A stretch of 64,000 nt of DNA from Mantamonas sphyraenae STR306 (Eukaryota > Protista > CRuMs), in assembly GCA_026936335.1 (NCBI GenBank), contig JAPMXV010000025.1, positions 62,001 through 126,000 on the forward strand, in the 5' to 3' direction. The notes beneath the pieces are model-generated. The model saw nothing but the letters and a program-made list of their open reading frames with translations. It did no database searches and was not told where the DNA came from. Of this stretch, positions 49,416 to 60,592 are shown piece after piece (the first letter of the stretch is position 1; every line of letters begins with the position of its first letter). A program made the translations under genes and the position numbers.

Positions 49416-51326
49416 TCACCTCCCTTGCGCATCCAAACCAAACGTCACCGGCGACGCCAACGTAACCACGCCATGGCGCATAAACGTACCATCGCGCAGG
49501 TCCAGGGCGCCCAGCATCTTCACAGAGCCCAGAACCTCCCACGTGCCACTGAGCAGCGTCAATGTACCCACTTCCATGGATCCATGGACACGCAGAGTAC
49601 CGCCCTGGCCGATGTGTACGGCATCGAAGCGAGCGCCAGTGTTGTGGACGCGCACTTCGCCACCCTGGGCCACGACGAGGTCATCCAGGACGGCGTTGCT
49701 GAGCCACGTCACTGTGGACGACGCCACACGCAGACGCAGACGCGACGTCTGTCCCTCCACGTGCCATGCACCCACCGTCTGGAGCGGGTCCTGTGCCGAC
49801 GGGTTGCCCCGCAGTGCACCGTGCTGCATGACTGTCATCTTGCTGTTCATCGTAGCGACACCATCCAATGTCACATTGGCTCCTGCCATCACACGCAGCT
49901 CGCATGCACCCGCGGTGCCGTTGACCGAGCCGTACAGCGAGGCCTCGCCGTAGAAGGACACGGTGGCGTTGCTGTCACACAACAGGTTGTGCACAGCCAT
50001 GGAGCCAAAGGCATGCACATGGCTGCTCACACGGGCCTGGGACAGCGTGTGCATCGAGCCGCCGAGGTCGGCGCCTGTCAGCGTCGTCACACCGTTTCCA
50101 CGCAGCCATGCGTTGGATGCCATGTCCAGCACACCCGTCACCTGCACGTCGGTGTTCACCTGAAGCACACCGCCCGCAGGCACGCGTGCATTCAGCACCT
50201 GTGTGCTCACGCCGACGCTCAACACGCCGTTGTTGCTTGTCAGGATGTTCACCACACGCAGCTGCGTCGTGTTTCCGCTCACTCCACCGCCTTCCGACAG
50301 TGTCACTGTGTTCATCCACAGTTGTGGGTCCTGCGCAACACCAGTGAACGCACCCTGCACCACGCTGCCTGTGCCGTGCACGTGTGTGTCGCCTGCGAGA
50401 GCTGCGCCACGCACGATCTCCAGCACGCTTCCTGACAGCACGGTGACGTTGCCCCAGGCAAGCGCACGGTCCACGCGTGCCACTGTGGCCTGCGAAAGCA
50501 CCACCGAGGCATTTGCGGGAACCAGCACACTGTCTGTGGCGTTGGGCACACGTCCGGCATCCCAGTTGGCGCTGACGTTCCAGTCGCCGCCGGCTGCGCC
50601 CACAAAGGTCAGCGTGGGCACAAACGGCGCCACGGTGACGTTGAGCACCGCCTGGCGCGAGTAGGCCGGTCCAGCGCCGTGGTTGCCCAGGTCGTAGACA
50701 CTCACCACGAGGGGATCGACACCCGAGGACAGACCAGGGACGCTTGCGTAGCGCAGGGTGGCCAGCTGGGCGTTGATGGAGCCGAGAGTGCCCACCACAT
50801 CGATCTGCAGCTTGTCTGGATGCGACACCGTCGACAGGCGTCCATGGGTGGCACTGACGACCAAACGCATGTTGCCATCGACCTGTGCGGCATCCACATC
50901 CGTCACAGAGATGCCTGCCACGTGCACACTGTCCAAATAGTCCACAGTGAGCTCTGTGGGCATGCCAACAATGTGCACGGGGTCGTTCACGGCGGTGACG
51001 TTGACAGTGAGCACAAACACGGCCTGGGTGGCAGGGCCACCGGTGAAGCCGTTGTCGTTCACCACCACTGTCACGGTGTCGCCACCCACGTGATGCACAG
51101 GAGCATGGTACACGAGTGTTGTCAGCAGCGCGTTGATCTGCGTCAGCGTGCCATTGTTCACCACCACGGATCCGTTGGCCGCGGCACCGGCTGCCAGCTC
51201 CACCGTGCCCAGCGTGGCACTCACGTTGAGGGTGAGCACACCAGCCGCGGCATCGGGGTCTGCCACGCGCATAAAGGGCACGTGGAAGCTGCTGCCCTGG
51301 GCGTGGGTGAACCAGATGCCCTTGAT
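49416..51326 (-). pseudogene. Internal fragment of a large adhesin-like surface protein (cadherin-like/Ig repeats plus beta-helix-like region), 5'-truncated
   Basis: Repeats VADPD..VNDNGFTGG..VTAVNDP and VTDVD..VYDLGNHG; GDWNVSANW..VP motif. The adhesin-like frame runs into the duplication junction at 51326 with no signal peptide. Confidence 0.65.
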
Positions 51327-51821
51327 GGGGAACAGGACGACAACACGTACGTCACACCCGAGGGAGAGATTGTACAGCGGTTCGACAAGAAGCGCACCGA
51401 GGTGCCCAAGTTTGTGTTTATCCCAGACAAGACGCAGCCGCGGACCAACTGGCTGAACAGCATCACGGACAACAAATGCGGCCAGAGTCTGATCCTGGGC
51501 TCGACCATGGGCGCAGGGATCGGTCTGTCGATTGGGTTTGTGGGTGGCTTCCTTGCCGCACTGTTCTCTGGCCTTCCACGCTCAGAGATCCCTCGGTACA
51601 CGGTGAAACGGGCGCTGCAGAGCGGCGGCTTCTTCACGTTTCTGCTGGCGACTGCGTTTGGCCTGCGCTGTGACACTCTGCCACACAACACAGGCACGAT
51701 CTATTCTCTGTACAACGGCGTCGGGGGTGGCGTTGTGTCACGTCATGATGTACACACCACTGTGTCGATTGTGACTTTGGAGGAGGAGGAGGAGGATTGG
51801 GAGGGGGAGGCGACGATGTGA
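51327..51821 (+). pseudogene. 5'-truncated ROMO1-like duplicate
   Basis: Near-identical to 43776-44270 but lacks the first 52 codons and the promoter. Confidence 0.8.
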
Positions 51822-52274
51822 TGATGATCAGGCGGGTGGTGGAGGGGGGTGCATGGGCGTGTAGGGTGCACACAGGGTGGGAGTGGGGTGGAGTGGTGGG
51901 GGAAGGGTGGGATGTTGGGAGGATGGGGAGGATTCGGGTGGGAGAGGAGGGAAGTGGGTGGGGAAGGAGGGAGAGGGGCGAATGAATGGATGCTTGGGAA
52001 TATGGTTGCGAGGTGGGTGGGGGCAGATTGGAGGGGGGGGTGGTTGGAGGGAGGTGGGGAGGTGGATGCGTGGAGGGGACCACCAGAACTTGGAAAGGAG
52101 ACAAGGTTTGTATTGAGGGGGTGTGTGTGGGAACGGTAGTGGTGGTGGTGGCGATGGATGGGGTGGGGTGGAGTGAGGTGGGGAAGAGCGGGGAAGGGGT
52201 GGAAGGGGAAAGAGGAAAAGAAGAGGGTAATCGGAGCGGGAGCTGACACGTGGGGCAGAACTGGTTGATTGATC

Positions 52275-55200
52275 ATGAGCACAACACAAAAAGTGGATTG
52301 GGAGGCACTGCTGGCGAGTGGCGATGTGGAACGCATTGGGGTGGCATTGGCAGAGGCAGGAGAGGTGGGTTTGCGGGAGAGACGAGAGGGAAAATTGGTT
52401 GACGTGTGGGTGGAGAGGATGGTTGAGGAGTGAGGAAGGAGTGAATGGGGGCGATTGGGATTGGGTGGAAGTGGGTGGGTGGGTGGATGCGGGGGGTGAT
52501 GGCTGACGCAGGTGGTGCAGAAATTGAAACTCGGAGGGAAGAGTCTTGGGGACGAACGTGTGGCAGCCCTGGCAAAGGCATTGGGAAGGAACAGCAGCTT
52601 GAAGAGGCTGGAACTCAACAGCAACAGCATCGGGGCAGAAGGAGCAGCAGCACTGGGGCAGGCACTGAGTGGGAACAGCAGCTTGCAGATACTGAGCCTC
52701 GACAACAACAGCATCGGGGCAGCAGGAGCAGCAGCACTGGGGCAGGCACTGAGTGGGAACAACAGCTTGCAGAGACTGTACCTCTACAACAACAGCATCG
52801 GGGACAAAGGAGCAGCAGCACTGGCGCAGGCACTGAGTAAGAACGGCAGCTTGCAGAACCTGAACATCAACTACAACAGCATCGGGACACATGGAGCAGA
52901 AGCACTGGCACAGGCACTGAGTAAGAACAGCAGCTTGCAGACACTGGACATCCGCAACAACAGCATCGGGGCAGCAGGAGCAGCAGCACTGGCGCAGGAA
53001 CTGAATGAGAATGGCAACTTGCAGTCGCTGTACCTTGACAACAACAGCATCGGGGACGAAGGAGCAGCAGCACTGGCGCACGCACTGAGTGAGAACAGCA
53101 GCTTGCAGAGACTGGACCTTGACAAGAACGGCATCGGAGCAGAAGGAGCAGCAGCATTGGCACACGCACTGAGTGCGAACAGCAGTTTGCAGAGACTGTA
53201 CCTCAGCAGCAACGCCATCGGGGCAGAGGGAGCAGAAGCACTGGCCGCAGCACTGGAGTCCAACCACACCTGCTGGTACATGCCTGGTGTACACGATGAT
53301 GCAGTCAAGCAGAGTCTCTCTCGCAACAAGGAGCACGCAGATGCGTTCCTCACCGCCGCCCGCTCTGCCGACACCGATGCCATGCAGGAGCAGCTGGATT
53401 GGGGTGTTCACGTCGACACATGGCCTGACAATGCCAACACAGCCCTCACCATTGCAGTCAACAGCAACGACATTGAACTGTGCGCGTGGCTGATCGGACG
53501 TGGTGCGAATCCACTCACGCGCCCTTGGGGCACCAAACCCAATGCCCTGGAGCTGGCCCAGAAGAATGGCAACACGGCCATCCTGGACCTGCTCTCTGCA
53601 GCATCCAAGCATGTTGACCGTTCCTGGCCAGCGTACGCCACAGCAACAGCCAATGCGGAGTTTGTGACTGAGCTGGATGCCATGCTGACAGCGTTGTCAT
53701 CACCATCGTCTGGACACACGAGCGTAGCGGATGTTGTGTCTGTGCTGAATGACAGCGCACAGACGACACCGATGCGCGAGGTATCGTCTGTGCATGCACA
53801 CCTGGAGACAGTGCTTGCAGACACTGAGGTGGCATCGACACACCATGCTGTGCTGGACACGGTGAAGGAGAATGCGCACCAGGAGAACGCACGCGCACGC
53901 ACACTCTTGGCTGCAGCTGCTCCACACGCTGCACAAGCACAGCAGACACGGTGGACAGCAGAGCAGGAAGAAGTGGAGAGGCTGGTGGCGACACACAAGC
54001 AAGCGGCGAGACAGCGACAGGCAGGGACGACGATGGAAGCCAAGACGAGTGCACGTGAAGTGGAACTGCAGACGAGTGTGGAGCTGGTGGGAGCGTGTGC
54101 ACAACGGGCAAAGAAGAGGATGGCAATGCGGAGGGAGGTGTATGGAGCAGCAGGAGGGGAGTGGGAGGGAGTGTGGAAGGAAGCAGCAGCAGGTGAACCA
54201 TCGTCGTCACCTGGAGGATGGATTGCAGAACGGGCAGAGGCACAACGGGAGCAGGTGTTGGCACAGGCTGGTGTCACAAGGGAGGAGGGAAGACGGTATG
54301 CAGCCGGGCTGGAGCAACTGGAGGCCAACACAGGCGAGCTGGAGGCACGGAAGGAGGCACTGGGTGCAGAGGAGGAGGAGGTGCGGATGGCGAAGGAGAC
54401 GCATGTGACAGAGATGGGACGAGAGATTGAAGAGCTGGAGACCAGACTGGCACAGCTGCGCAGGGACAAGGCTGCTGCGGAGGAAGCATTGCGTAAGCTG
54501 CCCGCTACGTACAGAAAAGAGCGCAAGCAGATCGAAGCAACACTGAATCAATGTGGGAAATGGCGCACACAGTTGCGCATGCTGTGTGAGCGTCAGGAGG
54601 GACTGACGCATGCGCTGGAGCAGCTGGCAGAGGCGAGCAAGGAGCATCTGGAAGAAACCGCTGAAGCAGTGGACCACACGGAGCAACAGCTGCAGACACA
54701 CCACAGAGCAGAACTGACGATGACCAAAGAGGCAGCCGAGTTGGCATGTGGGTCGCTGGCAGGGGAACTTCAACGTCTGGAACGGTCGAAAGGACCGAAG
54801 CAGAAGCGTGTGCAGCAGGCAGAGGCAGACATGCTGCGGTACCTGGAGGAGGAGCTGACCGAAGAGTACAACCGTGCACGGGAGGAGCGGGAGCAGGCAG
54901 CAGCGGGTGTAAAGCAGGTGGAGGCGATGCAGACCGAGCGGCTGGAAACGCTGAATGCAGCCGAGGCACTGCTGGGCAAGGAGGCATCGAGTCTGGCGGC
55001 GGTGCTTGCAGGGGAGGACAGACGAGGGTCATCGAACAACTGGACACCGCCTGGGTCGCCACTGGGATCAGAGGTGGAGAGTAGCGGAGACGAGTCGCTG
55101 GAGATTCCGTGGTCGGATCTGTCGAAAGGGGAACTGCTGGGCGAGGGCGGGTTTGCGTTTGTGTACAAGGGGATGCTGCGTGGAAGCACGCCAGTAGCCA

Positions 55201-56462
55201 TCAAGATGATGAAGGTACAGGTGATGGATGCCGAACACACAGCAGCATTCAACCACGAGGTGCGGACGATGAAGGGACTGAAGCACAGGAACATGATCAC
55301 ACTGCACGGGGTGTGCGTCGAACCGGAGCATGTGTGCATGGTGACGGAACTGTGTGAGCTTGGGTCGCTGCACAAACTGCTGCACGAGAGGGGCGAGAGT
55401 GCGGAAGGGCTGTCTGAGGAGGCCAAGGTGCAGATTGCACGGGATGTGGCAGACGGGATGGCATACCTGCACGGATACAAACCACCGATCATGCACAGGG
55501 ACCTGAAGCCAGAGAATGTGCTGCTGGACAGGCGTGGCGTGGCACGGATCAGCGACTTTGGGCTGAGCCGGGTAAAGGAGCACACCAAGACGAAAACCAA
55601 GTCAGGGGCCGGTTCATGGCAGTACATGGCACCTGAGCTGTTGTTGGATGATGATGACACGGACAGCGACGAGGAGGATGATGCAGGGGCATCCTCGAGC
55701 GTTTCCATGCGGACGTTTGACGAAAAGGTGGATGTGTTTGCGTTTGGGATGCTGTTGTGGGAGATGATGCATGAAGTGCAGCCGTACAGCGGAAAGGGAG
55801 GCTTCTCGATGGCCAAGTTGATCAAACGCTGGGTACAGAAGCCGGACAAGCGAGAGAAGATCGACACGAGCGTGTGTCCGGGATGGGCGACAAAGCTGAT
55901 TGAGCAGTGCTGGGCGACGGATCCATCGCAACGGCCTCCATTCACACAGATTGTAGCGACGCTAGACACGGTGGAGGTGATGAAGAAGGAAGAGATGCAC
56001 TCGCAGGTGGAGATTGTGAGCATCCTGCACGAGATGCAAGGGACACAGGCACAGATCCTGGACGCGATGCAGTTTGACCACGAGGCATGGCAGGCACAGG
56101 TGGCTGCACTGGACCCCAGGGCACAGGAGGAGATTGTCACTGCGCTGAAGCAGGTACAGAGCGACACGGAATCACTAAAGAGGAGGAGTGGCCAACAGAG
56201 CAAGGCGATCCGGTTCCTGGAAGAGCAGGTACCACAGTTGCGGACATGGCTGACAGAGGTGCAGACACGGGCAGAAGCACAAGGGCTGAACGCAGCAGAT
56301 GTGGACATTGTGCGTGCGCAACTGGCTGCCATGGAGCAGGATGTGATGGAAGTGAAAGAGCGGGTGAGCAGTCAAGGAGCAGCGATGGTGGGAATGCAAG
56401 CGAAGCTTGTGACGGTGGAGATTGGGATGGGGGAGAGTGGAGAGGATGATGAAGGAGTGTGA
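52275..56462 (+). CDS. Intracellular LRR - ankyrin - coiled coil - TKL protein kinase - coiled coil, copy 2 (8 full LRRs)
   Basis: Exon 1 MSTTQKVDWEALLASG.., intron 52365-52511, intact 1316-codon ORF; HRDLKPEN, DFG and APE intact. Confidence 0.93.
52590..53261 (+). repeat. Array of eight 84-bp LRR-coding units
   Basis: Units at 52590, 52674 ... 53178; same scaffold as the copy 1 array. Confidence 0.97.
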
Positions 56463-56770
56463 AGCCATGAAGGAAGGAGTCGGCTGTAGAGGACCACGTC
56501 CACTTTGCTTTGCACACATGCCACTGGTTGGACTAGATGACACGATGTGGAACGACGTGTGTGTGCCCTTGTCCAATTTCAGCGGGCTTGGGCCGACGAG
56601 TGGTTTCGCGGCGAACAGCCGCATCGGCCAATCAGCGGTCACATCGACTGGAGAGCATAATCAAGCGGACAAACAATCTCTGGGAAGCATGGGAAAACCG
56701 TTCATATGGGCTGAACACCCATGTTAGGCGAGTTTAAGAGGGAAAGTCCCCAACACAAATTCCCACCCGG

Positions 56771-58064
56771 TCACACCTCCCGGACAAACGGATACCCAAT
56801 TGGTTGGTTGGGCTGAAACAAATTGTCGCTGGGATACCATTGGGTGGTTCCAGACAAGGGACCGCTGGTCACGTCGACCTGCAGTACAGCGTTTGGCTTC
56901 CAGCTCTTGGTGACACCAAACTGGGATGAAGGGAACAGGATGGAGGTGGACAGCATCAACGTAGTGCATCCTGTGATCGAACTCCACACCAGCTTGTAGT
57001 TCCCGTTGCTATCAACCTGCAAGGCAGGAGTTGGAAACTCCGTTGCGAGGTTTGTGATCTTCGTGCGCGGAGATCCTGTCACGTTCTCTGATGAAACCAT
57101 GACATAGACATTCTTGGTTGTTCCATAAGAATAACCTTGAACGATAGTGAACATTTTGCGCCAGTGGTGTGGTGCGGTGCCAGCGACCTGAAACACGTTG
57201 AAGTGCAACGAAGCCGTACATGATGCTCCGCTGAAACTTCCATACGTCGTCAGCATGGCAAAGTCTCGAAAAGCGGCGGAATGGCGCGGAATTGGGTCCC
57301 CGCTAAAAGCGGCCAATGTACGATCGACGATCGGGCCGCGCTGGCTGAACACCGTCTCTGCGCATGAAAATGTGTTAGCATCGTGGGGGCCATGACACAC
57401 ATCAACTCACCTTTACGTACTGGCTTGGTCCACCATAGCATCGCCGTTGCGCAGATCGACTCCATACGCAGCCACTTGGTCGCGGACGCTGGGTGCCCAG
57501 ATGTGCTCTTGCGCATCCAAGGAGACGACGTATGGCATGGCCAACGCCGCCTCGAACTGTCCGTATCCGCTGGTCCCGTTGCCATCAAAGCGGATGTGGA
57601 AGCCCCGTGGGTGATTCATGGACGTCCGAGGTCAGCTGCGGGCCTGATGCTGGTTGGGACTGCGCTGTGGGCATGTAGGGTCCCTCGAAACAGAAGGAGT
57701 ACGGGTGGATGGCCGTGATTATGATTGATCCTGGCTTGTGCGCATCGTTGCTGACACACACGTTGCCCTCGTTTGATTCCCACCACCAGCCTACAGAGAA
57801 ACCCACAGGGATGTTTTTGTCGTCCACGCGACCCATCATGGAGTTGTCCAACATATTGGGTGGCAAGTACGAAAACGACGCTCGCCGTTGCTCCTGCAGT
57901 GCGCGTTCGGCGGTCGGGAAATGAAGCGACTCCACAGAAACACTTTTTGCACGCACCGCTTGTTCACTCACAATCGTCCCATTGACATCCATCGACCAAG
58001 ATGAGCCACGGGTTCCCGCAATGAGGATGAAAAGAGTCAGCAGGGAAACGTGCGGGCTGGTCAT
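56771..58064 (-). CDS. Secreted protein of an unrecognised 3-member family, paralogue A (internally deleted, possibly a pseudogene)
   Basis: Signal MTSPHVSLLTLFILIAGTRG; LPPNMLDNSMM..PVGF, HPY..CFEGPY, ALAMPYV..WAPS; C-terminal exon FPSSQFGVT. Lacks the central segment present in B and C and has a frame break at ~57620. Confidence 0.65.
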
Positions 58065-58293
58065 TTTTCCTGCGTTTGTTGTTGGTTGACCCCGAGCGGT
58101 GGAAGGCAGCCCTTCGTTGTCCATACTGTATGAAATGCTCCACAATGTACGTGTCAATCCCGATCTGCGGCTGCAGTAGGGGCTTTGATGTCTGCATTTC
58201 GCCGGTTGAGAACGCCTGCTGTACGTGTCGATGTCGGAACATGACTTTAGGGAAGGGGGGGGGGGGAGCGTCAGGTCCACCAACTCCTCCTCC

Positions 58294-60428
58294 ATGCCCA
58301 ACACTGTCTGTCCAAGCGCAGTGAGAACCATTCATGTGTTCCTCATACTCCTACTTGTGATGTTGGTGGATTCACAGCAGCTGTACATGGACCACAACGG
58401 GGTGCTGAACCATCGTGGAACTTTTGTTGGATCCTTTCGGGCCACGCCGCTGTTGTACAATACCCAGGCAAACCAAGCATTCTTTGGAACATACAACGGT
58501 GAGACACGATTTTGGAAGTTCAAATGCAGGTCTGCCCTGAAGGAGGTGGTGTGATTTGGTCCTCAGCCCACTCGAGGGCAACCCGAACACACAAGCCATT
58601 GCGGCTCGCTTCTACCTATGTCAAAGTTCCTGGCGTTGTGGAAAGCAGTGATGTGCTTATTATGCTGTGCCTGGCTGTGTCAATCCAGCACGTTGCAAGT
58701 GAACGTCGACGGAACTGTGCAAAGCACCGGACCATTGTCATCCGGTATGTGGACCGGATTCAGTGGGTAACACGTCGATTTGCTCACACCACCGGATCGG
58801 AAAAGACTCTGTGGAAGCGACCACGGTGAGGGTCAACTCTAAACTTGAGTTTCCACATGCCAGAGAGCATCAGCAGCGGCAAACTGAGGCTGCCTACAAT
58901 CTACTGCCACCAAACCTGATCGACAACTCGTTCATGTCCCGTTTGGATCGTTTCAACGTGCCTGTGGGCTTCACCACGGGTTGGCTTGCCTACAAGCCTG
59001 GAACCGGCTGGGCGTACGAGGGTGGGGATGAGTCTACAAACACAAACTTGAATCCCGGCACCATCACTGCGGTGGCGGTGCACCCCTACACATCGTGCTT
59101 TGAAGGGCCATACACGGCATCTGCAGGTGCCAACGCCGCATTGGGAATCACAGGGACACTCCCGCGTTCGCAGTGCGACCAGGCCTCAGCGACGCAGCCT
59201 GTGTGGTTCGGTGCAAACTACAAGGGACCCCGAGTGCCAGTGATGGGCCTGAGGGACGGTTGGGCCACGAGCAGTTCTGGAAACTTGTTGCACATCAATG
59301 TGTCCCGGAATACTGCCCACGTGTCGGCCAACTCGCTGACACACGTTTCCCAGTTTGTCAACGTCCCCGTCGTGGTGCAAGAGGTCACACGGACGGTGCG
59401 CGTCAGATACTACGTCAAGGTAATCGCCGGATCAGCTGCGCTGCGCCTGACCTTGAACGACGCGGTCAACGCCAGCAACCCGACCCTGGTCACCTCTCAG
59501 AACAATTGCCCGGACGGCTGGTGCTACGTCGACACAGTGCTGCGACTTGAGCCGTGGAGCAATGCACAGGACCCGTTGTTCACTAGGCTGGACAACTGGC
59601 GCCAATTCCAGTTTGTGGTGGAGCCCCAAGTGGGCGGTACTCAAGCCGAAGCGTACCTGGCGTTGCCGTACGTGACATCGATGGACACCCAACCGGTCAT
59701 GTGGTCGCCCAGTACTGCCGATCGCATGGCGGAGCAGGGGTTCGTCCACTCGCGGAAACACAAGCTTGTCGGGGTCGATGCAAAGGGTATGCGCTTGATG
59801 CAGAGGTTTGTGGATGGAGAACATCGACTCACACACTCTACACACATCCACAGTGGCGACATTTGGTCAATACGGCAAGGTGGATGACACCCGCTTCGGA
59901 TTGCCTCGTCGTGCAGCCAGCTTTCCGAATTTTGCCTATCTGCACACCCCAGGATCGGGTGCATGGTTCTTCGGGACGTGTTCCATGGCCGTGCACATCA
60001 ATATATTTCAACATGTGGATACAGAGCCGACCTTCAACTTCAAGGTCTTTACGGTTCATCTCAAGGGCTTCTCATACGGCCACAACCAGAATATCGACAT
60101 CATCGCATCCAGACAGAATCTTCCCAACTCGCAGTTGACACGCATCACCAACAACGGCGAGTTCCCCAGCCCAACGTGGGGCGTCGACGGCGACAATCAC
60201 TATTATCTCTTCTGGGCAAGTGTTGGCCCCGGATGCGGTGCTGTCTCGATGTCTGTGAGCCTGTCGTTTCCCAACGCCGAGTACGGCGTCACACAGCAGT
60301 TTGAGCCAGCATCGGTGATGTACTTCAATCGTACTGGGCAGGCGTACGGCTATCCAGTCAAGGACAACCTCAGTCCTATCAGCGCCAACAACCCAGTGAT
60401 TGGAACGCCACTGAAGGAGTCGTTTTGA
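58294..60428 (+). CDS. Secreted protein of the same family, paralogue B
   Basis: Signal VFLILLLVMLVDS; LPPNLIDNSFM, HPYTSCFEGPY, LALPYV; phase-1 intron 59787-59853. The 5' exon structure is unclear. Confidence 0.75.
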
Positions 60429-60592
60429 GTGTTCGGTCACGCGATGGCGTGGTGCGTGCGGCCAATGACAACCCTTCAACGCCGGATCGCTGTACGCCAG
60501 CCTTGCCATGCGGGGACGTCAACACGACCATCTGGGTGCACTCCCGCCCGATTCCGTGCAACACACCATGCCCGCGAGGGCGTGCACCAGAA

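Larger units (their letters stand above)
51327..56555 (+). repeat. Segmental duplication, copy 2
   Basis: Direct repeat of 43776-49076 with one fewer LRR unit, spacer indels and a ~37-nt insertion after the stop codon. Confidence 0.95.

Noticed and set aside
50679-51821. 380-aa ORF as a novel ROMO1 fusion gene
   Set aside because: The N-terminal part is the antisense of the adhesin fragment with a non-ATG start; in-frame continuity across the junction is probably chance.
43776-56555. Duplicated unit as a transposon or endogenous virus
   Set aside because: No transposase, integrase, RT, capsid gene, terminal inverted repeats or target-site duplication visible.
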